64,000 nt of DNA from positions 375 to 64,374 of the forward strand of contig CAZQFL010000007.1 of NCBI GenBank assembly GCA_964592745.1, read 5' to 3'. The position numbers were made by a program, and so were the translations under genes. Source of the stretch: an uncultured Desulfurococcaceae archaeon. Its GTDB lineage: Archaea; Thermoproteota; Thermoprotei_A; Sulfolobales; NBVN01. The notes beneath the pieces are model-generated. The model saw nothing but the letters and a program-made list of their open reading frames with translations. It ran no database searches and was not told the origin of the DNA. Within the stretch, counting starts at the first letter, position 1. The number at the start of each line of letters is the position of its first letter. Of this stretch, positions 1-8,321 are shown piece after piece.

Positions 1-59
1 ATTAGCTAGTAAGTATAAATCCCTCTCAGATTACATGTGAGTTAAAGCCTCACAATAAT

Positions 60-866
60 TTACCTTCTCGCCCATCGTAATAGCCTAACACCTACCCATA
101 CTAGAAGTCCTACTATAAGAAAGCCGGGTAGTAATACGGTTATGGATGTGATGAGATCTACCTCATCACTACTATGCGTGGTCATTCTTATTTCTACGCG
201 TGAGTTATTGCCTTTAACACTCTCTATTAATACCACTAAGCTTTCTTTAGTCTTAACTACGGTGTGAGTAGTACTCGAGCTTGGGAATAGGTCCGTGTTT
301 ACATACGTCTTATTTAAGCGGCATAAAGTTACTAGTAGACAGTTTGGTGATGGTTCCTTCACTAACACTTTCTTATCACCAACTCTGAAGCTACATCCTT
401 GACACCTTATCTCAACGGTCGATAACTTATTGTTGCTTTTAGGATTAATTATTATGACATCACCTTGCCTCACGAGATACTCCTCAGATGATTCCATTAC
501 TAATGACCCAGACATACCTAGTACTGCTAAAGCTATGGATGCGGTTAGCGCTATCCCCATAACTATTAGTATTATGGCGAGTATCTCAATAAGTACATAC
601 CTTAAGAGTTTCCTCCTCAACCTATACACCAAATCCTTAATGGCTAAACCCAACTTAGTAGTAATGCCGTGGTAAGGACTTGCACTCAACTCAACAACTA
701 GCCCACTAAGATTAACCCTATCTAACGGACCTACATAACACCAGTCCCTACCATGCTTAAAGTATACGTAAACCCTACCAGAAATCTCCTTAAGAACTAC
801 AGAACCTACCCTACCACACTTAGGACACTTACCCTTACCAACAACTCTAGAAGACATACAACCCAT
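60..866 (-). CDS. hypothetical membrane protein with an N-terminal CxxC zinc-ribbon-like segment
   Basis: 268-codon ORF. The N-terminus carries KCPKCGR...H...CYVGP. A hydrophobic helix (LIEILAIILIVMGIALTASIALAVLGM) follows, then a beta-rich region and a C-terminal hydrophobic anchor. I recognise no family. Confidence 0.55.
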   Translation of the reverse strand: MGCMSSRVVGKGKCPKCGRVGSVVLKEISGRVYVYFKHGRDWCYVGPLDRVNLSGLVVELSASPYHGITTKLGLAIKDLVYRLRRKLLRYVLIEILAIILIVMGIALTASIALAVLGMSGSLVMESSEEYLVRQGDVIIINPKSNNKLSTVEIRCQGCSFRVGDKKVLVKEPSPNCLLVTLCRLNKTYVNTDLFPSSSTTHTVVKTKESLVVLIESVKGNNSRVEIRMTTHSSDEVDLITSITVLLPGFLIVGLLVWVGVRLLRWARR

Positions 867-964
867 ACCAAACTAATCTCCAAAACTTAAAGTAGTAAAA
901 CTGTGGTAAGAAACAACAAAACAAGAATATTGGTGGGGGGCCCCGACTGGTAGCGGGGGGTGGA

Positions 965-1682
965 CTCTCACGGGACGGCCGCCTTCACTCCGCGAGTAAA
1001 TAATGTGTTCAGCCTTTTAAAGCTTTACACATTAGTAGGATTTTTCTTGAGCGCATAAGTTTTTGTGGATGAAGAGGTGTGATCATACTAAATAACCTGC
1101 AGAGGTTCTCTCTTTTGCTAATTACAAGCTTATATGCGTAACCCCTTAAGATCCTATATATCTTGCTCTTTATCCCTAGATAATTAAGCATATCCTTAAT
1201 GTCTAATAAGCCTTGATAGTTAACTGAAGTTATAGTGACTCTACCAGTACTTAAATCTATGTGTGCTTCATCATCCATAAATGCTCTTAACCAGTTCTTC
1301 ATGAGTTCAGCTGCTTTTGCTGTGTCTGCTACGAGGAATATGCGTAACGGTGCACGCCACTCCTTAGATTTACCTGCCTTTAATAGTATTAATCTGTGAA
1401 ACGCGTACCTAGACTTAAAGCGCGCTATGAACACCTCCTTGTGCTTAATAATTATAGGGGATACGTTATACTCATATATAGCATCATTAATAAACTCGTT
1501 GATTAACTCAAGAGAGCTATTTGTATACTCCACAATATATCGCTTACCCCTCCTACCCACCTCAACATAAAGATGCCCATCACCACAAACGTGGGCATGC
1601 AATCTAGCCTCTCTTACAGAACGTAATCCCAGCCACATAAACATAAATCTGGTAAAAAAGGAAAATCAGGCGGCCGTCCCGT
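965..1682 (-). mobile_element. 718-nt BHB-type intron in the tRNA T-loop (position 59/60) carrying a LAGLIDADG ORF
   Basis: The hBHBh' motif reads: T stem GGUGG/CCACC, central 4-bp helix UUCA/UGAG, 3-nt bulges AAA (5' side) and AGU (3' side) on opposite strands, then a perfect 13-bp helix CGGGACGGCCGCC/GGCGGCCGUCCCG. Cutting after the second bulge nucleotide restores the T-loop UUCAAAU. Confidence 0.8.
1009..1644 (-). CDS. LAGLIDADG-family homing endonuclease (single chain, two motifs)
   Basis: 211 aa. Motif 1 is RLHAHVCGDGHLY and motif 2 is WLRAFMDDEAHID. Spacing and flanking patterns (YIVEYTNSS..., LLDIKDMLNYLGIKSKIYR) resemble I-DmoI-type enzymes of archaeal rRNA introns. The ORF lies wholly inside the BHB-bounded intron. 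Confidence 0.85.
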   Translation of the reverse strand: MFMWLGLRSVREARLHAHVCGDGHLYVEVGRRGKRYIVEYTNSSLELINEFINDAIYEYNVSPIIIKHKEVFIARFKSRYAFHRLILLKAGKSKEWRAPLRIFLVADTAKAAELMKNWLRAFMDDEAHIDLSTGRVTITSVNYQGLLDIKDMLNYLGIKSKIYRILRGYAYKLVISKRENLCRLFSMITPLHPQKLMRSRKILLMCKALKG

Positions 1683-1820
1683 TTTGAACCACCGACCTCG
1701 GGCTCGACCCTTGTCGGTGTGTCTCCGAGGCGGGCAACCCGGTTTTCCGGGTTGCCCGGTAGCCCTTATGAGCTTCGCGGATCGGGGGCTAAGCCCCCGC
1801 ATCTCCCGCGGGCTACCTGG

Positions 1821-2909
1821 CTACCCCACCCCGCTGCTCTGGCCCCCCGTTCTTGTTTCTTGTTTTTTAGTGTTTTTAAGCTTTGTTTTTATTCTCTCTT
1901 TGACTTTTCTCCAGTCTATTTTGCTTATGGTGTGTGGCCCGCATCCGTATGTTTTCGCTATTTCTATTTCTAGGTGTAGTTCTGTTGGTATTCCTAGCTC
2001 TTCGGATGCTCTCATTGCTTCAGCTAGTGATTTAGTGTTGATGAGTCTCTGTGGTAGTGGTTGTTGTTTAATTACCTTCTGTGGGTCTAGGAAGTATGTG
2101 ACTATCGTGTTTGGTGTTATCTTAATTCTCCTAGAACCACTCCTAATACTTAATTCGCCCATAACACCCTTAAGGGCTAGGTATGGTGCTCTACTAGCCT
2201 CAGTAGGTAGCCTTCTAAGTAGTTTCTCGTAGATATTCATGAAGTCCCTCCAAATACCTAGAGCACCTACGAGGCCACCCTCACTACCTACGTCAGCAAT
2301 TCTCTTAATCACGTAGTCATGATCCAGCTCTCCATCAGCACCAGGAGCTAGTATAGCAACTAAAGCCCTACTACTAAAGTAATGCAGAGATGCTAACGTT
2401 AGAGAATCAGCTAGTGGTGACCATAACGAGTCCTCATAACCGTAAGCAAGGATATCACCACCAACATCTAAGGCTATAACGGAATCGAAACCCTCATTCA
2501 TTAACTCCTCAACACACTCAACAATACCCTGAACTCCTCGCTCCAATGTAATACCAGGTATCGTAACACCACTTAACTCAGCAATAATTGATGCTTGAGG
2601 CCTAAACCTATAGTCAAAACCACGAACAACATAGGTATTACTACCCATATAAACACAAGCTGAATTCCTAATAGCATTACGTATTAAACACCTAGGTATA
2701 GGCCCAGGGTATGGGTCAAGAATCCAACGCTCCCATAGAATAGCTACAGGTATGCACTTCCTAACATTAACTAGTGATTTAAGTACCTCACACATCACGT
2801 AAGCAGATACTACATCTCCAGCACCACCAGCACCAATAACGATGACGCCACGCCTTAACAAATTTATTACGTTCAGCTCGCTACACCCTAACACTATACT
2901 TAAGAACAC
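1821..2909 (-). CDS. conserved archaeal protein, DUF1152-like (family name recalled, not verified)
   Basis: 362-aa ORF with an N-terminal VIVIGAGGAGDVV glycine-rich loop and a DVGGD motif. The last 15 nt overlap tRNA nucleotides 1-15 on the same strand. Confidence 0.65.
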   Translation of the reverse strand: MFLSIVLGCSELNVINLLRRGVIVIGAGGAGDVVSAYVMCEVLKSLVNVRKCIPVAILWERWILDPYPGPIPRCLIRNAIRNSACVYMGSNTYVVRGFDYRFRPQASIIAELSGVTIPGITLERGVQGIVECVEELMNEGFDSVIALDVGGDILAYGYEDSLWSPLADSLTLASLHYFSSRALVAILAPGADGELDHDYVIKRIADVGSEGGLVGALGIWRDFMNIYEKLLRRLPTEASRAPYLALKGVMGELSIRSGSRRIKITPNTIVTYFLDPQKVIKQQPLPQRLINTKSLAEAMRASEELGIPTELHLEIEIAKTYGCGPHTISKIDWRKVKERIKTKLKNTKKQETRTGGQSSGVG

Positions 2910-3002
2910 TTAATAACTCATAATATAGGAAGCGAGTAAGTCACTAATACACTCACTTAACTTTTTAATGCTTATTCCATAATCAAGAGAGGGTAGAGTA
3001 GG

Positions 3003-3734
3003 TTGGCGTTTGGACCACCAGCGATGGGTTATGATAGAGCAATCACCGTATTCTCACCTGACGGTAAGCTATATCAAGTTGAGTATGCAGCTGAGAATAT
3101 TAAGAAGGGATGGACAACCATAGGAATCAAGAGTCGTAAAGGTGGCGTATTAGCTGCTGAGAAGAGAAAAATAGCACCACTCATAGATATGGATGCCATA
3201 GAGAAGATATACCTCATAGATACACATATCGGTGCCTCATTCGCAGGACTAGCAGCTGACGGTAGGATACTAATTGACTACGCTAGGAGAGTGGCAATGA
3301 ACTATAGATTTGTGTATGACGAACCAATTGATGTAGAATTGGTAGTTAGGAATATATGCGATATAAAGCAGCTATACACTCAACATGCAGGTGTGAGACC
3401 ATTCGGTGTCTCATTAATATTTCTCGGCGTCGATAAGAAGGGTGTTCAGTTATTCAAGACAGAAATAAATGGCTACTACTTTGCATACCTAGCAATAGCT
3501 ATGGGCTCAGGCGAGCAACCAGCAACGGAGCAGCTCGAGAAGAACTACAATAAGGATATGAGCGTCTCAGAAATGATAATACTAGCACTTAAAGCTCTAA
3601 GAACAGCATCTGACCAACCACTAAAGCCTGACCTTGTTGAAATGGGATTCATAAATGTCGAGAACAAGATGTTCAGGAAATTAACCAATGAGGAATTAGC
3701 TGAATGGATTAGGAAAGCAGGGGTAGATAAATGA
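3003..3734 (+). CDS. psmA: proteasome alpha subunit
   Basis: [22 protein letters not shown] is the hallmark N-terminus. The listed TTG at 3003 is probably upstream of the real ATG at 3024. Confidence 0.95.
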   Translation: MAFGPPAMGYDRAITVFSPDGKLYQVEYAAENIKKGWTTIGIKSRKGGVLAAEKRKIAPLIDMDAIEKIYLIDTHIGASFAGLAADGRILIDYARRVAMNYRFVYDEPIDVELVVRNICDIKQLYTQHAGVRPFGVSLIFLGVDKKGVQLFKTEINGYYFAYLAIAMGSGEQPATEQLEKNYNKDMSVSEMIILALKALRTASDQPLKPDLVEMGFINVENKMFRKLTNEELAEWIRKAGVDK

Positions 3735-4423
3735 GTAGGGAATACGTCATAGCAAGGTATGAAGTAAGAGGTAAGAAATTCGAAATACTGGTTCATCCAG
3801 AAAAAGCTTTTAGGTATAGGGAAGGCGAGAAAATAAACATTGATGAGGTACTCATAGGTGATTACGTATATAAGGATGTAAGGAGAGGAGATAGAGCGTC
3901 ACCTGAAGACCTACGTAAAATATTCGGTACTGACGACATACGTAAGGTAGCGGACATAATACTGAAGAAAGGTGAGCTCCAGCTAACTACAGAGCAGAGG
4001 AGGAAATTACTCGAAGCTAAGAAAAGACAAATAATAACATTCATAGCTAAGTCAGCAATAGATCCTAGGACTAAAACGCCAATACCACCACAGAGAATTG
4101 AGAGAGCTATAGAGGAGGCTAGAGTAGCTATTGACTTATACAAGAGTGTTGAGGAGCAGGCAGCTAAGATCGTTAGGGAAATATCTAAGTACTTACCCAT
4201 AAAAATAGCTAAGGCGTACATAAGAATTAAAGTACCACCTGAAGTAGCCTATAAGGCTTACTCACAACTTAGAAGGTTAGGTGAGATTAAGAATGAGAGA
4301 TGGCTAAATGATGGATCATTAATTATAGAGATAGAAATACCCGCTGGTATGCAGGGTGAGGTACTAGATGCCATAAGTAAGGCAACTAAGGGAACGGCCG
4401 AGGTTAATATTAAGGTGAGTTAA
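3731..4423 (+). CDS. SBDS-family ribosome maturation protein
   Basis: The N-terminal [13 protein letters not shown] and the LRKIFGTDD pattern match, as does its position between psmA and rrp4 in the archaeal superoperon. Confidence 0.88.
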   Translation: MSREYVIARYEVRGKKFEILVHPEKAFRYREGEKINIDEVLIGDYVYKDVRRGDRASPEDLRKIFGTDDIRKVADIILKKGELQLTTEQRRKLLEAKKRQIITFIAKSAIDPRTKTPIPPQRIERAIEEARVAIDLYKSVEEQAAKIVREISKYLPIKIAKAYIRIKVPPEVAYKAYSQLRRLGEIKNERWLNDGSLIIEIEIPAGMQGEVLDAISKATKGTAEVNIKVS

Positions 4424-5152
4424 GTGAGTAGGCGTGTATATGTTAAGCAAAGAGAGCTAGTGGTTCCTGGTCAACTAATCGCTGAAGGAGACTTTAAGAT
4501 AGGAAGTAATGCATACCTATTTAGAGTAGGTAAGAAGTATTACTCAACAGTCATAGGGCTTGTAGACATAAGTGAGGATGGTGAAACATTAAACATAATA
4601 CCATTAGAGGGCTTCTATTACCCATCACCTGATGACTTAGTAATAGGTGTTGTTAGAAATATAGGAATCACTAGTTGGGAACTAGATATTAGAGCGCCAT
4701 TTCCAGCAATACTCTATGCTGCAGACCTACTTGGTAGACCTGTAAATCCTGCTAAGGAGGACTTAAGTCAGTATCTCGATGTAGGGGATATGGTTCTTGC
4801 TAAGGTTGAAGTCTTTGACCGAACTAGAGACCCCATACTAACCACTAAGGGTAAAGGTCTAGGTAAGATAACTAAGGGAGCTGTAATAGAGATAAACCCC
4901 GTTAAGGTTCCTAGAGTCATAGGTAAGAAGGGGTCTATGCATCAAATGCTTGAGAAGGAGACAGGATGCAAGATAGTCATTGCAAGGAATGGCAGAATAC
5001 TTATAGACTGCCCCAATGAAACAATAGAGAAGGTGGTGATATTAGCCATAAGGAAGATCGAGAGGGAGGCACACATACCAGGTTTAACGGATAGAATTAA
5101 AGAGTTCATACTAAAAGAAAAAGTTAGGAGGGGATTACTAAGTGGTACATGA
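4424..5152 (+). CDS. rrp4: exosome RNA-binding subunit Rrp4 (S1 + KH)
   Basis: GTG start. The C-terminus carries the KH motif VIGKKGSM. Operon position is immediately upstream of rrp41. Confidence 0.88.
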   Translation: MSRRVYVKQRELVVPGQLIAEGDFKIGSNAYLFRVGKKYYSTVIGLVDISEDGETLNIIPLEGFYYPSPDDLVIGVVRNIGITSWELDIRAPFPAILYAADLLGRPVNPAKEDLSQYLDVGDMVLAKVEVFDRTRDPILTTKGKGLGKITKGAVIEINPVKVPRVIGKKGSMHQMLEKETGCKIVIARNGRILIDCPNETIEKVVILAIRKIEREAHIPGLTDRIKEFILKEKVRRGLLSGT

Positions 5153-5876
5153 AGGTAAACCGAAATTAATAATGGAGGATGGTAGAAGAATTGACGGTAG
5201 AAAGCCTAATGAGCTAAGACCAATAAGAATGCAGGTGGGTGTCCTATATAATGCCAATGGCTCAGCTTTAGTTGAGTACGGTAACACTAAGGTTCTAGCT
5301 GCAGTCTATGGACCTAGGGAGCCTCAGCAAAGACATATGGCATTACCTTATAGAGCCATCATAAGGTGTAGGTATCATATGGCACCATTCTCAACTCATG
5401 AAAGAAAGTCACCGGCACCATCCCGTAGGGAGATAGAGTTATCTAAAGTTATTAGGGAGGCATTAGAGCCTGTAGTTATGACTGAAATGTTTCCGAGAAC
5501 TTCTATTGACATTTTCATTGAAGTACTCAATGCTGACGGAGGTACTAGGACAGCCTCAGTAACAGCAGCCTCATTAGCCTTAGCTGATGCGGGTATCCCC
5601 ATGAGGGATCTAGTTGCTGGTGTAGCTGTAGGTAAGGTTGACGGTATTTTAGTATTGGATATAAATGAAGCTGAAGACATGTATGGTGAAGCAGATATGC
5701 CAGTAGCTGCAGCACCCTCATTAGGTCTAATAACTTTATTACAGCTAAATGGTGTATTAACACCTGATGAATTTAAAAAGGCCTTAGATATGGCATTAGA
5801 TGGTATAAATAAAATTTATCAAATGCAGAAGGAGACATTAAAGAAGAAGTACTTAGAAGTTAAGGTGGAGGAGTAA
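5142..5876 (+). CDS. rrp41: exosome RNase PH subunit Rrp41
   Basis: [13 protein letters not shown] and [20 protein letters not shown] are RNase PH motifs. Confidence 0.92.
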   Translation: MVHEGKPKLIMEDGRRIDGRKPNELRPIRMQVGVLYNANGSALVEYGNTKVLAAVYGPREPQQRHMALPYRAIIRCRYHMAPFSTHERKSPAPSRREIELSKVIREALEPVVMTEMFPRTSIDIFIEVLNADGGTRTASVTAASLALADAGIPMRDLVAGVAVGKVDGILVLDINEAEDMYGEADMPVAAAPSLGLITLLQLNGVLTPDEFKKALDMALDGINKIYQMQKETLKKKYLEVKVEE

Positions 5877-5877
5877 A

Positions 5878-6774
5878 ATGTCTGTAACACCATCATCTCC
5901 CGAGTACATACTTCCAAGAATTAAGGTAGAGACTTTAGCATCATTAGTTAGAAAAGGTATCCGACTTAGTGGCAGAGGTCTTGAAGACTACCGAGACATA
6001 AGTATAGAACTGAACTATATACCCAACGCTGAGGGCTCAGCATTGGTTAAGTTAGGTAATACTCAAGTACTTGTTGGTGTTAAGTTAGAGGTAGGTACTC
6101 CATACCCTGACACACCCAATGAAGGGACTATGGTAGTATCAGCAGAGTTCGTACCTACAGCATCACCGGTATTCGAGCCTGGGCCACCTGATGAAAACGC
6201 GATAGAGTTAGCTAGAGTTATAGATAGGTCTATTAGAGAACTTAAGGCTATAGATTTAAGTAAGCTTGTTTTAATACCTGGTAAAAAGGTATGGAACGTA
6301 TGGATAGATATTTATGTGCTAGATCACGATGGGAACCTCATTGACGCATCATCTATAGCTTCATTAGCTGCATTAATGGTTACTAAGATACCTAAGGCAG
6401 AAGTAACTCAGGAGGGAGAGGTTAAGGTTGATAAGTCGACATACATAGGCCCATTACCAATGAATCATAAAGTCGTCACTGTAACCGTGGGTAAGTTAAG
6501 GGATGTACTACTCGTTGACCCTGATCTTGAAGAGGAGTCGGTACTTGATACTAAGTTAGTCATAGCTGTATCAGATGATGGTAGGGTTGCAGGGATTCAG
6601 AAGACAGGAATGGGTTACTTGACTAAGGATGAGGTATTAAGAATAGTTGATATAGCGTTAAGGAAGGGTAAAGAAATTATAGCTAAGGTTGACGAGGCTG
6701 TAAGTAAACATAAAGTTAGGGTTGAAGAAGAATCAAAGGAAGCTAAAGAGGAGGGAGGCAAGGAAGAGAGTTAA
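5878..6774 (+). CDS. rrp42: exosome RNase PH-like subunit Rrp42
   Basis: LSGRGLEDYRDISIE plus an RNase PH fold pattern, directly after rrp41. The C-terminus has an acidic/lysine tail. Confidence 0.9.
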   Translation: MSVTPSSPEYILPRIKVETLASLVRKGIRLSGRGLEDYRDISIELNYIPNAEGSALVKLGNTQVLVGVKLEVGTPYPDTPNEGTMVVSAEFVPTASPVFEPGPPDENAIELARVIDRSIRELKAIDLSKLVLIPGKKVWNVWIDIYVLDHDGNLIDASSIASLAALMVTKIPKAEVTQEGEVKVDKSTYIGPLPMNHKVVTVTVGKLRDVLLVDPDLEEESVLDTKLVIAVSDDGRVAGIQKTGMGYLTKDEVLRIVDIALRKGKEIIAKVDEAVSKHKVRVEEESKEAKEEGGKEES

Positions 6775-6814
6775 ACTTAATAATACTCTATTAGGAATGA
6801 GTTGGGTATTGAGT

Positions 6815-7072
6815 ATGGGTAGAAGGACTAAAGTCGTAGGTATTGCGGCAAGGTTTGGTGCACGTTACGGCGCTACACTTAGAAAGAAGTGGAAGGAGGT
6901 CATGGAGAGAAGATATTCTTACTATACATGTCCATTCTGTGGAGCTAAAACTAGAATGAAGAGAATTGCTGTAGGTATTTGGCAGTGTCCTAAGTGTGGT
7001 AAAGTATTTGCTGGTGGTGCTTATCAGCCCATAACTGAGGTTGGTAGAGTGACTATTACCTCTAAGCAGTAA
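6815..7072 (+). CDS. rpl37ae: ribosomal protein L37Ae (eL43)
   Basis: MGRRTKVVGIAARFGARYG followed by the CPFCG...CPKCG zinc ribbon. The listed start at 6722 lies inside rrp42 and is unlikely; the ATG at 6815 fits. Confidence 0.9.
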   Translation: MGRRTKVVGIAARFGARYGATLRKKWKEVMERRYSYYTCPFCGAKTRMKRIAVGIWQCPKCGKVFAGGAYQPITEVGRVTITSKQ

Positions 7073-7104
7073 ATCATTAATGAGGTATAACTGGATTTTA
7101 CCTC

Positions 7105-7650
7105 ATGAAGTTAATAATAACGACTTCCAGGGAGCCATCACGGAGGACTAGATCATTTGTTAAAGATTTAGTTGCCGCCATTCCCCACGCTGAAAAAGTG
7201 AATAGAGGTAAAGCAACACTCCTAGACCTTAGGAATTTAATTATAAGGAAGGGTGCTTATGGTTTAGTTATGATCCTTGAGAAGAAGGCTAACCCCTCAG
7301 CATTAGTTTTCTATATTCCTGGAGAAACAGGACTTGAGAGGGTCTTAATGGTGAGAATTAGCGGTATTAAATTAGGTAGGGAGATGAGTGACTATCAAAG
7401 ACCTCTAGGTATTAATGAATTAGTTATTAAGCCTTCATCAATACCTAGTGGTCTACCTTCAGATGTTGGTAATGCAATAATAGACATGTTCAAACCACGT
7501 ATTTACACTTCTGATACACCACCATCCAGAGCTATTGAAGTAGTGATTACAGGGAGTAATGAAGTTGCTGAGATAAATTTTGTTTGTACATCAAGTGGTA
7601 AGTATTGTGGTCCAACAATTAAAGCCTTCAAGGTTCTGAGGTTTAAGTAA
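7105..7650 (+). CDS. Brix/Imp4-domain ribosome biogenesis protein
   Basis: KLIITTSREPSRRTRSFVKDL is the typical archaeal Brix N-terminus, and the superoperon context fits. Confidence 0.8.
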   Translation: MKLIITTSREPSRRTRSFVKDLVAAIPHAEKVNRGKATLLDLRNLIIRKGAYGLVMILEKKANPSALVFYIPGETGLERVLMVRISGIKLGREMSDYQRPLGINELVIKPSSIPSGLPSDVGNAIIDMFKPRIYTSDTPPSRAIEVVITGSNEVAEINFVCTSSGKYCGPTIKAFKVLRFK

Positions 7651-7898
7651 TGGTTAAAAAGATAATTCTTGATATTGTTATTGATGTAGGTGAAAGAGGA
7701 GTAGCCATCACACTTTACAAAGCACTATTACCTGAGTCTAAAATTAGACTTAGGGGTATTGAGTCCAGGCTGGTACTTAACGATTCATCCATAAAAATAA
7801 GTATTGAAGCTCCTGATTACTCGTCGCTTAGAGCTGTAAGTAATGCATTACTTAGGTTAAGCGATACAGTATTAAGGGTAATTAAATGCTTGAGGTGA
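7650..7898 (+). CDS. small protein, KEOPS Pcc1-like
   Basis: 82 aa. Call rests on size, the strand/helix pattern and the position between Brix and prefoldin beta, as in other archaea. Weak sequence recognition only. Confidence 0.45.
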   Translation: MVKKIILDIVIDVGERGVAITLYKALLPESKIRLRGIESRLVLNDSSIKISIEAPDYSSLRAVSNALLRLSDTVLRVIKCLR

Positions 7899-7949
7899 GG
7901 ACCTAACCTTAAATAACTTAGAATGAGAATTTATGATAGGTGTTAAGTA

Positions 7950-8321
7950 GTGGCTCAAAAGCTGCCCCCAGAACTTGAGAAGTTAATAATAAGATACCAA
8001 CAAATAGAGTCTCAACTAGCTTCCATAGTCACTCAGAAAAGTGTTGTTACATCGCAGATGAGGGAAGTTGAACGCGCACTATCGATACTACAGAACTTAG
8101 AGAAAGATGCAGTAATTTATAAAAGTACAGGTTTTATCTTGGTTAAGGTTAAGAAGGAGGATGTAATTAAGGAATTAGAAGATAAGAAGGAGGAGCTAAG
8201 CATAAGACTTACAAGTCTTGAGAGGATGGAGTCAACACTCAAGAAGCAACTAGAGGAAGTTAAAAGTCAGATAGATAAATATAGGACAAGCATTGTAGGT
8301 ATGGGAGGTAAAGCTGGTTAA
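7950..8321 (+). CDS. pfdB: prefoldin beta subunit
   Basis: 123 aa, coiled coil-beta hairpin-coiled coil layout (YKSTGFILVKVKKEDV in the middle). GTG start. Confidence 0.85.
   Translation: MAQKLPPELEKLIIRYQQIESQLASIVTQKSVVTSQMREVERALSILQNLEKDAVIYKSTGFILVKVKKEDVIKELEDKKEELSIRLTSLERMESTLKKQLEEVKSQIDKYRTSIVGMGGKAG

Larger units (their letters stand above)
948..1835 (-). tRNA. initiator-type tRNA-Met(CAU) gene with three introns and an encoded CCA
   Basis: Exons in plus coordinates are 1835-1805, 1773-1766, 1703-1683 and 964-948. Joined they read AGCGGGG UG GGGU AGCCAGGUA GCCC G CGGGG CUCAUAA GCCCG AGGUC GGUGG UUCAAAU CCACC CCCCGCU A CCA. The acceptor stem is a perfect 7 bp with A1:U72. D stem, T arm and anticodon loop (CAU) are canonical. 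The 5' sequence AGCGGGGUGGGGUAG is typical of archaeal initiators. Boundaries of the second intron are unresolved. Confidence 0.8.

Noticed and set aside
935-1848. The leader-trailer 8-bp GC helix, considered as a BHB for excision or circularisation of the tRNA precursor.
   Set aside because: The helix is continuous, with no opposed 3-nt bulges separated by 4 bp. Only an asymmetric internal loop is present.
935-1850. The GC-rich blocks flanking the LAGLIDADG ORF first looked like a 250-nt structured RNA. I considered a permuted SRP RNA, because ACCAGUC and AGAGCAGC resemble helix-8 strands, and a minimal type-T RNase P RNA, because GAGAGUCC and GGGGGCUUA resemble P4 strands.
   Set aside because: Applying the BHB cleavage rule to the 13-bp helix junction yields GGUGG-UUCAAAU-CCACC, a T arm. 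The remaining pieces then assemble into a complete cloverleaf with a 7-bp acceptor stem and an encoded CCA. The SRP and RNase P resemblances were motif-chasing on acceptor, leader and trailer sequence.
1614-2232. Listed ORFs 1614..1802(-), 1684..2232(+) and 1719..1973(+).
   Set aside because: They run through the GC-rich tRNA exons and introns or antisense to the DUF1152-like CDS. Their translations are Pro/Arg/Gly- or Leu/Ser-rich low-complexity sequences.
6722-6814. The upstream extension of the L37Ae ORF (listed start 6722).
   Set aside because: It lies inside the rrp42 coding region in another frame and encodes a Lys/Arg-rich stretch unrelated to L37Ae. The conserved MGRRTKV start is at 6815.
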